Source: Camelus dromedarius (taxonomy: Eukaryota). Taken from it: a stretch of DNA of 64,000 nucleotides. Shown one piece after another: positions 52,200 to 64,000 of the stretch. The position numbers were made by a program, and so were the translations under genes. Each line of letters opens with the position of its first letter. Position 1 is the stretch's first letter. The DNA is taken from positions 68,698,001 to 68,762,000 of the forward strand of contig NC_087436.1 in assembly GCF_036321535.1 (NCBI RefSeq), in the 5' to 3' direction. Below the pieces are notes generated by a model, which made no database searches, was not told the DNA's origin, and saw only the letters and a program-made list of their open reading frames with translations.

Positions 52200-55100
52200 C
52201 TAAAGGAAACAGAATGATAGATTATTTAAGTATGAAGATAAGTCAGAAGTATTAAAGAGTTTATTTCTGTAATAGTAGAAGTCATATCCATTATAACAGT
52301 AAAGTTATGCCTGACATTTCCTGTTGAAATACGATACCAAGTTATGTGAAAATTACCAAAATCCTCCAAGTACACACATTGTTCCTTCAGCATGTGTGAG
52401 AAGATGAGGAGCACATGCCCCAGACTCCACCAGTCTGCTTCCTATTGCAGGCTTACCTCCTTCGGGGGCCATCCTTGACCTGTGACTTTCTTCCCCAACT
52501 GTCATCCCTTCCAGCTTTGGGCTAAATTAGTTTTTCACTGCCCGTGTTCTCTCTTCCTGTATGTACCTCTTTCACTGATACTTCATTATTTTATACAAGT
52601 ATATTTGTGTGCCTGTTTGAACTTACTCCCACGGCATCAGCTCCCCTCAGTGTAGCAGCTGCACATCTCTGCAACACTCATTGCATTTATGATACTTGTT
52701 CAGTGTCTGTTTTTCAGGCAGTACTGTCAGTTCCATCAGGGAATGGAGCATACTTATTTAGGACACTGCTGTCTCCTAAACTTCTAGCCCAAAGGAGATG
52801 CTAAGAAAATACTTGTCGAATGAATACGTTTTTAGAAATCTCACTTATCTTCCTATTCATAGCACAATGCACAGTGCTTGATGCATAGTATATAGTAATG
52901 TATTCTTTTTGATGAGTAATAGAAAAGAAATTTATGTGGCAATGACTAAAATACTCCTTATGAAAATAATTACCAGCCAATTATAATAATAAACCAACCA
53001 AATATTTGTGCATGTAATAATCTAGCTGAGGAGAAAAATTTAATGTATCTTACATGCTGCTTGATGGGTGAAGTCTGTGAGTTCTGGGGTTAGGTAGCCT
53101 AGGTTTGAATTCTTTACTTACTAGCTATATGACTTTTCAGTAACTACTTAATAGCTCTCTGTGCCTCAGTTTCCTTATCTGTAAGTAATATTTTTATATG
53201 CCTAAATAACTTTAACACACATAGCACTCTGAGTACAGCCTGGTATATAGTTGGTACTAATAAGTCAGCTGTTATTACCAAGTGTGCTTCTAGGATAGTT
53301 TGCTATTCATTTGACTGCTTTTAGTAGCTAGTTCTTCCATACCTACTTAATTACTGGTTTAGATGAGAAGAAGGATTAGTGTGTGAATCACCAGCTTGCA
53401 TGGTTAAGTGCTGCATGGAGCTCATTGGCACCTGCCTTGCTTAGATTATGCATATGTGCTCCAGTTAACCAGTCCTCAGCACTTTCCCATCATTGTGCTT
53501 TTCTGCTATTTCTTCTATAGTAAGAAATTTCTCTGCATAATGTATTACCAAGAGTGGGCAAGCAAATACTAAACTAAGAGGTACGTCTAATTTTTCCTGT
53601 ATCTGGCCAGCTTCGCTGCCTGCTTGGGCAAATATTTGAGCCTGTATTCTCTGTTCTGGATCACAGCCTTGGTCAGTTCAGGTGATACATTGTTGTGTAA
53701 GCACTGAGTCTAGGACATCTGAAGTAATTAATGCAATTAAAAAATAAATGAATAAATGAACAAAAACAAACAGGATCTCATAAGCTCTTGTGTGAAGTGA
53801 CTTTTTTTGAGGCACAAACTCTATGCATTATAGTATTTCAGCTGAAAATCAGTGAGGCTCAGAGTGGAACACAAAGGGAAATTTTCATGATGAGTTATGG
53901 CGTGAACCGGGCTTGGAGGAAGAGCAGAATTTGTATATGGAGAGGTAAGGGGCATCATGAGTAAAGCATGAATAATCACCCTTTTATATCTCATGTATAT
54001 CCTTAAGTCAGTTCTAATTAATGCTCTTAGTAGATCTGAAATGATCAGTGTAGAAGTGTGTTGCTTATTTGGTGAATTCTTCGGAAAACTACTGTGAAAA
54101 TAGAGAATTTGTTGAAGAAGTTGAAAATTTCAGGGCTAGCAATAGAAGAGAAACAGGAAGGGGAGCAAGAAGCATTCCCTACCATAATGATGTCTCCACG
54201 TAAAGGGAATAAAAACCAGTGGGTAATTAACAGTATCTTGAATATTGATAAACGATTCTCCTCCACTCCCACACAATTTGCAGTCAATAAAAATGTTTCA
54301 TTTTGGGGAAAGTGCTCATGAATTGGAGTCTTTGCCAAAACTATGTAAGATCTACTTCTTATCCACTTTTTCAAGAATGTGAGCACCAAGTATAAAAGTC
54401 GGTAATGTTTGAGGAAACAATAAACCTAATTTGTCTGCTCACAATTCACTCAGGAAAGCAGTAGCAGATTCCTTAGGAAAACAGATTGATTTTTCTTAAT
54501 TCCAAAAATGTAATTTTGGATATGAATTATTTATTTCTATTATTATATGGATTGGGTTTCAGACATAGTAATAAATTTTATTTAAAAGGCATAACCACAT
54601 CAATTATTTAGATAATTTAATTAAAAAATTTAGTATTAAAATCTTATTCTAATTACTTTAGAATAAGAATTTTGTGTTTATTTTTAGTATTTTTAGATTT
54701 GGTTGAAAATTACAAAGTAGATCTAAATTTTTGTTTCCTCTTCATTAGTGCTGTTTTACAATTGTGGAAGCTGTTGCGACTCAAGCAACTAAGCTCTTTG
54801 TATATACTTTCTATCTTAAAGATGCTGATATTCAGGTGTTATTTATATTTTAAAATTGATTATATGACTCTTAGATGAGTGATTTACTTAAGAATTCATA
54901 GTGGTCAGAAGGTTGAGATTAAAATTACTAATGTCAGTGATCATGATATAGGTTAACAACATCAAAATATCTGAGATAGCTGAGATTCTTTTCTTGCTTA
55001 GTATGTGCCTGACATATTTAATCTCCATCTAATGTTTAGTACTGCCTAAAAAGTTAGATACTATTATTATCCTCATTTTACAGATAAAAGAATTGGTTAT

Positions 55101-55360
55101 AGAGGTTATGGATTTCAGACCCAGGTCTGCCGGGTTCTTGAGCTTGGATGGTTAACCACTCTAATATTTGGCTTCTCAGAATCAGTATTTCATGGTGGAT
55201 CAACTTCATTAATATTATATCTAAAATCTAGGTCATATATTTTTAGAGGCTGAGGGCTGTATATTATAATTATGTTACTGCTATGCCTATCATAGTATCA
55301 CATGCTAGTAAGTGCTTATAAACTTGGATGATGACATGTATAACATTGTCTTGAACTTAC

Positions 55361-55503
55361 CTGGCATGCGTCCACTCCACCTTGAGATACTCCAGCACAT
55401 AGCATTCCAGACAAGACGGCTCCATTGTAACTAGTTGGTGCATTACATACATTGTGACTTATTATATTGACCCGTGCTTGCTCTAGATGTGCAACTGTAG
55501 GGC
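55361..55503 (-). CDS. TMPRSS11D: TMPRSS11D exon with S1-pocket Asp (GVDACQ)
   Basis: GPTVAHLEQARVNIISHNVCNAPTSYNGAVLSGMLCAGVSQGGVDACQ; cag| and CAG|gtaagt; 143 nt. Confidence 0.96.
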
Positions 55504-56653
55504 CTGTTAAGTATAAAACCAGAAAGAAAATGGACTTTAGGATACATAAATTAATGACTGTATAGTGAGTGGGGGGAGGAAGAATTGTACTCCAAACATT
55601 ATCTCTTTCCAGCAAAGAAGGCTATTGAAGATGTACTAGGAGTTTCTTCTCAACAAAGATTTCCATAGTAGAGAAGGATAACCACTTTGCACAGATTGGT
55701 GTGTTTTGTTTTGTTTTGTTTTGCTTTAGCTTTATGATGCAGTGCCCCATAGACCTTAAAAGAGGGGAAAATATGCTTTCTTAAAGTTGACTAGTAGGAA
55801 TTGAAATATCCACTGATTTTGAATTAGAAAATTATATATTAAGTGATCTTTAATCTACTAATAAAAGAGAAACCAGTCTGATTTTAAGGCTAAAGAATTG
55901 AATTTACTTTATACTGATGTTCCTTCAAAATGGCATTGCCATTTTTGTGATTGGCACATATTTTATCTACTACACCTAATTACTTTGGGCCATAAATACA
56001 CGATGAAATATTTTCTAGGACAGTTAAGCCTTTGTTTTTTTCCTTGGGGAGACAATCTACAACATAGGTAGAAGCCTGTGAAAATTCTTAATACTATCCT
56101 TCTACTCCTTAGCTGATACTCTTATTCTCCCCTTGGCCATATTTGCTCTTTCATATCACTTTCACTTTCATTTTTATTTTATTCACTTAATAAATAATTC
56201 ACTTAATAAACAATAGTTATGTACACACAGAGTTTCTTGCTCTAAAGGCAGGATTTATTTCGTCTCAGAATACCTTAAATGACTGTTAATACCTTAAAGG
56301 ATGTTAAAACCCTTAGAGAATACCTATCCAAATCCCCTTTTAAAAATTTAAATTTTTCTTTATAGGGGAGCCATTTGGGTCCTATAAAGTCTCTGGATCA
56401 TTGGAGAGCTCATGTTTCTTTAAAACTTTTTTCTACATTTCCCTATTACTATGTTTGAGAATTCCTGTAGTTTCTAGGGACATTGCTTTGCTTTGTTGAG
56501 GAAGCTCTAGTTAGAGCACAGGATGACCAGACTATAAGATGGTTCTTTCCATACAACCTGCCCTTTAGGTGTTCCTTAATTAAAACAAATACGTAATAGC
56601 AAGTACCAGGAGATACTGCTATTTTTTTGTTTAATTTTTCCTGTGATACTTAC

Positions 56654-56913
56654 CACTATACTTTCGAGATCCCCATCCTGTTACATAAGCAGTAGATCCA
56701 GGTGGAATATTCTGGTTAGCCACTGGGAGACACACTGTATGGATATTTTTGTCAAAGGTGACTTCTCTATCAAGTCGTACAAGTGCAATATCATTTTCAT
56801 GAGTGTCAGGTTCATAATTGTTATGGATTAAAATAGTTCTTACTCCTATTCTCTGTTTAGGAGATGTTGTGGAGATACCAAAGGTGGCAGTCCATCGTCG
56901 AGGATCAGAGTAG
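56654..56913 (-). CDS. TMPRSS11D: TMPRSS11D exon with catalytic Asp (HENDIALV)
   Basis: SYSDPRRWTATFGIS...THENDIALVRL...QNIPPGSTAYVTGWGSRKYS; ttttag| and G|gtaagt; 260 nt; phases match neighbours. Confidence 0.96.
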
Positions 56914-57435
56914 CTAAAAAAATAGGAAAACATGCTATTTGAATAAAGAACTTGTGCAAATTTCAAGTATTTGAATTTTGTGTTTGTCACTGCCCCCCTC
57001 CCGTCCCCTCCCCCCAACCATCTAGGAACTATTTGATCAACATTTCTTTGTGATCTATTTCTGCTACTCTTTACTGGCAAATTAAGTGATAATTTGTCTA
57101 AAGAGACAGAAATATTTCATAAAACATATCTTGGGGTGATGAACATCCTGGTATTTTTCTATTCCAATGAGGATATGCTGATAGTTCGATGATAACTTGT
57201 ATAATACGAACTTTTTCTTTGAGTTCTCTCTTTTTTGCCTCCTTCTGTTCAAGGAACTAATAAAAAGTCTGAAAGAATGTTCTCTTTAGTTTTAACTTAT
57301 TCCTTCCAACTTAATTTTTTCCTTTCCTTTAGCCAGAAGCTCCATTTAAATGGTAGTGATGATAAGAAGCTCCTAGTCCCTTTTTAATGGATGAATGTTT
57401 TTTCTGTACTAAATGTGATGCTTGTTGAAGATTTT

Positions 57436-57436
<1 letters not shown>

Positions 57437-57480
<44 letters not shown>
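57437..57480 (+). repeat. (GT)22 microsatellite
   Basis: Perfect run in a TMPRSS11D intron. Confidence 0.95.
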
Positions 57481-57483
<3 letters not shown>

Positions 57484-57639
57484 AATACACAGAGAGAGTG
57501 AGTGCACCAGTATATATAAAAAAAAAAGTGGGGCATTATCTTCGTGACCTAGGAATTGAGATTTTTTAGCCAAACTCCCAAAACACCAATCATATGGTTA
57601 AGAATGGGTGAATTTCATGAAATCAAAATTAAGTGTACC

Positions 57640-57955
57640 ATATATAGAGAACAAACTAGGGGTTATCAGTAGAGAGAGGGAAGGAGGGAAGGGGAACTGA
57701 GGGATAGGAGGTTAGGAGCAACAAACTATTATGTATTATGTATAAAATAAATAAGCTACACAGATATATATATAACACAGGGAATAAAGCCAATATTTTA
57801 TAATAACTTGAAATGTAATATAACCTTTAAAAATTGTGAATTACTATACTGTACACCTGTAACTTATATAATATTATACATCAACTATACTTCAGTGAAA
57901 AAGTATGTAACATAAAAAAGAAAATCAATTAAAATACATAAAAAACAAAAACAAA
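57640..57955 (+). mobile_element. L1 3'-end fragment nested in older L1 sequence
   Basis: atagagaacaaactagggg...aacacagggaataaagccaatattt...A-rich tail. Confidence 0.75.
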
Positions 57956-60939
57956 ATTAAGTGTTTCACAGACATATTTACCAGATGAATGAGAAACCAT
58001 GAGAAAATACTTGCAATGTTTAATATCTAAAATTTTTGTAGAATATACAGAAGTCTGTAAACTGGCAATAAATGGAGAGAAAAACCATTATAAAATGGGA
58101 AAAAATATTAATAGGCATTTCATGGAAGGAGAAGCCCAAATAGCTAGTAGATACATGAAAAGATACTCAAACTCACTAGTAAGTGGAGAAATGGAAATTA
58201 TAACAATAATGAGCATCTAACATATTCATAAGAATGACAGAAATTTTAAAAGAAGATAATATTGTTGGTAGGGAAGAGAAGTTCAAATTCTTTTGCATTA
58301 CATGTGAAGTTGTAAGCTTCTGGAAAGCATTCTAGTGTATTTAACAGACTACATGTGTATTTCTGGGTACATATATCAGAGAATTCTTAAAAGTTTATAG
58401 AAAGGCACATATGAAGGGGTATATATGTGAGAGACATTGTATGTGTGCTGCTCTTTGTGGCAGTGGGAACTTGGAGCAACCTAGTTGGTGAAAGGATATG
58501 GTGGATGCAATGGTGGACCATATCAAAATTCCTAGCGTTGAGCAAAAACAATAAGAACAATGTGAGATTTATACACTATGCTGCTTATATGAATTAAAGG
58601 CATACAGACACACAAACTATAGGTTTGCAGGTAATTGAATGTTTAAAGACATATGTCAAATATTAATGTGAGGCTTTTAGGGGCAGGGAAGACAGTGGAA
58701 GTGGAATAACAGTATGGCAGGAGAAAAAAAATAAAATGAGAAAGGTCTTTTACAGACTGATGTATAGATTGTATTCAGGAGATAATTTTATGAGGTACAG
58801 TACCTTGCAAAAGAGTGAATGGTAGTTAAAGATTCTAAAGAAAAAATATTTGACAACAAGCAAATAGATGAGTTTTTTACATTAAACTTCTTTTTATGCT
58901 TCTTTTGCTCAGAAGTGCAAATTTAGAGTGAAGATTCTAAAAGACACTCCTCTACCTTCCCTGCCTGCCTCCCTCCCTTCCTTTCCTTTCTTTCAACAAA
59001 TGAGTAAGAGCTTAGTTTTGAAACTAGTTGCTATTGGCAGTGTTATTTAGGGCAAGTTACTTAATATCTCTAATTCTCGGTTTATTTATGCATGAAATGT
59101 GACTGATTGATACCCTCTCACATGAGGGTAAGTATTAATTGAGACAAGTAAGGTATGCCAAGCACAGTATTTGGCACAGGGGTAAGTACTCAATGAAGGT
59201 AACTATTGTTGTCATTAATTATAGTTCAACAAGTTCAACTAAGTGCTTTGTATAAGGAATAGTATGAGTGTCTGGGAGTAAAACTATAAATATGGTCTCT
59301 GCCCTTGAGCAGTTCTACACACTAGTGGAGAAGACTGGCAGAGGGGCAGAAATCCCAGGGACTACTGTTAAAGATAGATAAGCAAATTTCTGTAGGAATA
59401 ACATAGGGGAGGGAAGGAATAACATCAGGGAATACTTCATAGAGGAGGTGACAATTCAAGAATCCTCTCTGAGGGCCTCGTCACTTCTGTGTACCTTGAC
59501 GTAAGTCTGGCCATGCCCCAGACAGTCTCATTAAGTGGGTTCTCTGATGATCAGGTCTGTAGGGAGGGTGCCAATACAGCAGTCATGTAGTTTGTCAGCT
59601 GTCATGGATCAATCATGGTAATGAACAGAAGAATTGGAGGAAGCAAAATTTAAAGATATTCCAAGTCTTTAAAATCATGGATTCCTTTGGTTACCATTGA
59701 GGATATTTATAGCTGCATCTTTCATTATAGCTTTGGTGGTTGGATCTGAATAGGGCTTAGAATGCTCTTTCTATTACATCCTTGATTATGCTAAGCTCTT
59801 GCTAAGACCAGGTATTTGAATTTGTGGTTTCCACATTCAGCGGTGATTGAAATCAACTGGTGCCATTCCTGTTCTTTGGCCTTTCAGGTGGCAATGAAGA
59901 TTGATATGTTCCTATTAATTTCCTTTCTTGTGTTATCTGGGACACAGCAATAAGTATGACCATCTAAATCAGAATTTGATAGCTCTGATAGCAGAAGTTT
60001 CCAATATCAGAAATTTCAGGTTTATTCACTGTGTAAAAAATATGAAGTTATAAGATAACCATAAGAAAAATTCAGAATAATTTGGGGTTTCCTAAAACTT
60101 TTGTTCAGAAATTGTGCACTAGTCAACCTTTACTTCCTCTTAATTTAACAATTTTGTAACAGGCATGCTATTATGAGGCAGTACTTTCAGTTCTGCAAAG
60201 GACTTCTTAGAAATAGTAAAGATTTTACAGAATTCCCATAAAAGATTTGGTAGAGATATTTTAGAGAGAAGGAGCAGATTGAGCAAATGCTCTTCAGTGC
60301 AGAAATGTAAGCAGAGTCCAGGAGAAGAAAATAACGCAATCTGAGGAGAGCTCAGGGTTCAAGCTTTGAGGAATAAGTTTTGATTGACTTGATTGTTCAG
60401 ATCTTGCTCATAGTAGATACTCAATTTTTTTAGAAATTGAAAGAATAAATTGATGCCATAGGGCAATCTGAGATCAGCCATCAGCCTGCTGATTAGTTTA
60501 CATGACAAAATGAGCAAATTTTCTGCAACAATATAGTTTGCTTATATTTAACATGTTTATATTAATGTATTTAATCGTATCAGTAACAGTAAGACATAGA
60601 TAATAGTATGTCCCTAATTTGCCCCTAATTTGAAGAACAAAAAAGGGTTATAGAGATTCAGTAGATTTCCTAAGCTAGGCTTTGGATTAAACATTCTGAC
60701 ATCTTTGTTCTTTACCATGATGATATACCATTACCTAAAACAGAAATAGGAATACAAATTAGCAAGCTGAAGGAGAATATAATTTCTATCATGAATAGGA
60801 AGGTAAGATTTATTATTTTTCTTGTATTATATTATTTCTGAATCAATTTGAACATATTCAGTTCTGGGGTGTGAGTAGAGCCCTCATGTATGTGTCTCAC
60901 CTGGTTGTTCCCAGATGGGTAGGTTAACTGTGGCCTTAC

Positions 60940-61117
60940 CTTCTGAAGCAGTGAGCTGCTGTCAGTATCCACGTGCTACTGATCAAGACACCTCCGCAGT
61001 GGTGAAGATTATTCCACTGTAGACTGACTTGCCATGGCCAGTCTCCTTCCTCAGCCTGAGTGCCTCCTATGATTCTCTCCTCAGACAATGTTATTAGGTC
61101 TGGACGGGCCCCACATT
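60940..61117 (-). CDS. TMPRSS11D: TMPRSS11D exon with activation site R|IIGG and catalytic His (TAAHC)
   Basis: [59 protein letters not shown]; tag| acceptor, AG|gtaagg donor; 178 nt. Confidence 0.96.
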
Positions 61118-61534
61118 CTAATGGGAAAAGGGAATTAATGTGCTGGGAAGATATGATTCTTATATTTGGGAGATGTTGTAAGAGTTTCTCCATCATTTAT
61201 GCCTTTTATGTATTTTTTCCCTTGACATGCTAGGCTTTCCAAATGCATGATCAATGTGTTATATTTTTAGAGTACTTATGTGACTGTTGCCTGTGGACTT
61301 ACACTTTAGAGAACATTTCTGAACTTAATTGGCATGGAGGTTTCAAATTCTGGAGTAGCTTCAGAATTCTCTGGAATTCTTCAGGAGTAGGGGTTAAGAT
61401 AGGTCAGTGCTGGAGGTACCAGCTCAGGCCATAGGTACTCTGGGAAATTTCCATCTCTTAGTAGCCTTGCTACTCAAAGTGTGGTCTGTGGCCCTGCAGC
61501 ATGGGCATCCCCTAGGAGCTTGTTAGAAATGTTG

Positions 61535-62138
61535 GTTCTTTCTGGAAACAACCTGTCTGTCAGTAGATGAATGAATCAAGAAAATGTGGTATACGTACAT
61601 ACACAGAGAGACACACATACACACAGGAATGTTATTCAGCCTTAAAATAGAAGGAACTCCTCTCACTTGCAACAACATGGATGAACCTGTAGGGTATTAT
61701 GCTAAGGGAATTAGCCAGACAAAGACAAATACTGCATGGTATCATTTATACGTGGAATTTTTTTTAAAAGAGTCAAATGTCTAGAAACAGTAGAAAGTAG
61801 TTGCCAGGGAGCAGAGGAAGTAGAGAGTTTGGTAAAAGGGTGTAAACTCTCAGCTATGAGATGAATAAGGTCTGCGAATCTGATGTATAACATGTTGACT
61901 ATGGTTGATGGCACTGTATTATATAATTGAAATATATAATTGAAATTTGCCAAGAGAGTAGAACTTAAATGTTCTCACACAAAAAAAAGGGAGGGCAGTG
62001 ATAAATATGGGAGGTGACCGACATGCTAATTAGCTGGATGAGGTGAATCTTTTCATAATGTATACATGTATCAAGTCATGACATTGTACACTTTAAATAT
62101 CTTACAATTTTATTTGTCAGTCATACCACAGTAACAAA
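61535..62138 (+). mobile_element. L1MA-type 3' end inserted into a MER5A-like element
   Basis: L1 3' UTR sequence flanked by TSD agaaatgttg (61525-61534, 62139-62148). Confidence 0.8.
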
Positions 62139-63720
62139 AGAAATGTTGACTCAGACCCACATCAGGGAACAAATCAAAAGTTGTACTTTATTCTCCAACT
62201 TTTATGGAATAATTGACAAATACAATTGTACATATTTAAAGTATACAATATGGTGATTTGACATACATATACATTGTAGAATGATTACCAAGATCAAGAT
62301 AATTAACAGTTATCACCTCACATAGTTAACTCTTCTGTGTGTGTGGGTATGTGGTGAGAATGCTTGAGATCTACTCTCAGCAACTTTCATGTATACAACA
62401 CCGTATTACTAACTATAGTCACCAAGATGTACATTAGATTCTCAGAACTTGTTAGAAGCTGCATTTTAACAAGTGATTCATGTGCACAATGAAGTTGGAG
62501 GAAAAATCCTCTCATCAAGAATACTCTGTAGAGGTAATGTAGTTCATTATGGAGGGTCCAGTCCACCTCCATAACTGACTCTGTATTACTAAATATGCCC
62601 TGGAAAAGGAGTTTCTTTAGGTCCACAGAATATTCTCTAGGGTGACAGGGGTTCTAAGGATCTAGATGAGGTTTATTTAAACATCTTAAGAGAGCCCATG
62701 ACACTCCAATGGCCAGAGCTGAAATGGGTGGGAGTGGGCTGATCACTCAACTCCTCTCAACTCCCATTTGCATGATTTGTGTCCTCTTGTTTAGTCCATT
62801 ACTAAGAAATTAGAGGTAAATTGCCACCAATAATTTCTATTGCTGGAGTAGCTCTAAAGTAGTGACATTGCTTCAGAAAGACAACCATCCAAAGGCATTT
62901 TTTCTAACAGATCTCATAGATAGAGGACTAGACTTCATTAAGAATATACATGTACTTCCAATAAGAATATAGGTTCCTTTGCTGAATCCTTCAACCAAAT
63001 TCTCAATTAAATTACTTAAGCACATTTTAATTAAAAAGAAGCATTAATTCAATATATAATGAAGTTGGGAAACACCCATAGAGGAAGCATTAACTTCCAA
63101 AATCACTTAAGTATCTGAGATAGGCCAGCTATCAATGTATATTGAACTAATTTATAACTACATTTTATTGGCCAGAGAGGTAAACTGCTGTTTTCTAAAG
63201 ATTATATTTCTGCTATCCCAGCCTGAGAGTATGCAGAATGACACGAAAATAGTGACTTTTCCTTTATGTAATAAATATAAAACTGATAATGCTTTTTTGT
63301 TATTTTTTATTATACTTTATGCTTAACCCAATCCACAATAAAGCAAGCTATTCTGGTTAGGAGAAACCATATATATGGTGCCACTAAACATAACTTACAA
63401 GTCTACTGAAATGCTACCATAGAACCAGGGCAGGAAAAATTTCCCAAAGCTGCCAAGAAAACTTTAATGAGATCAAACTTGATACAGTGTGGGTGGAATA
63501 GCACTTCTACTTCCTTCTTCTAAAAGGAGGCGAAAGCTAAACATCATTCCTAGGCCAACAGAATCAACAAAGTCTTAATCTCAACAAGAACCCACATGAG
63601 TGAACTAACAATAAAGATACCACTGTGATAGACACTGCCTTGGCAAAGAGTACAAATCATCTGAACATTTAATCTTTTTATCTTTGTAAACCATATCTAC
63701 AAAGTAATTTAAAAGCTTAC

Positions 63721-63759
63721 CTTGAGTGAGAATGTTTACTGCATCCTGGTCAGTTATTG
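63721..63759 (-). CDS. TMPRSS11D: TMPRSS11D internal exon (39 nt, linker after SEA domain: ITDQDAVNILTQ)
   Basis: cag|CA ATA ACT GAC CAG GAT...CAA G|gtaagc; resembles human HAT LTDQAAANWLIN; phase 1 joins the next exon (G|AA = E). Confidence 0.88.
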
Positions 63760-64000
63760 CTGTTGTTTAAAAAAAAAAAAGGAGTACGATCAAAACAAAA
63801 AGGACTGTATATCATTTTATCTTAATTTCTTAAAGAGTAGTCCTCAGTAGTCCCATATAGACTCCCAGGCTCTATCCCAGACCTGCTGAAAGAATCTCTA
63901 AGTCATAAGCCCTAGAAATATGTGTTTATAATCTTCCTCCAATTTATTGTTATGGAGGTTGAAGTTTATGCTTTCATTTCTCATCAAACTCTTAAAAGAT

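Overview
Mammalian genomic DNA, very likely camelid (a Vic-1-like tRNA SINE and a young L1 with a camelid-type 3' UTR). The window lies in the type II transmembrane serine protease (HAT/DESC) cluster. Minus strand: the last five exons of TMPRSS11D (63759 down to the stop at 52038, catalytic triad intact), then exons 1-5 of an apparently intact TMPRSS11C/neurobin orthologue (41425 down to 8621; no protease exons found, so they presumably lie left of the window). Between the genes are two solo LTRs. One (45964-46488) is CpG-rich and looks like a promoter. Most unexpected: on the plus strand, interleaved with TMPRSS11C introns (about 2.9-30 kb), is a chain of splice-bounded, partly phase-compatible but disabled exons. 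Their translations follow, in order, motifs of the RGS22/RGSL1 multi-RGS-domain family, suggesting a lost, unprocessed paralogue antisense to the cluster. The rest is L1, L2, MIR, LTR, hAT/MER and microsatellite sequence. All protein and repeat-family comparisons use sequences recalled from memory; no search was run, and repeat boundaries without TSDs are approximate.
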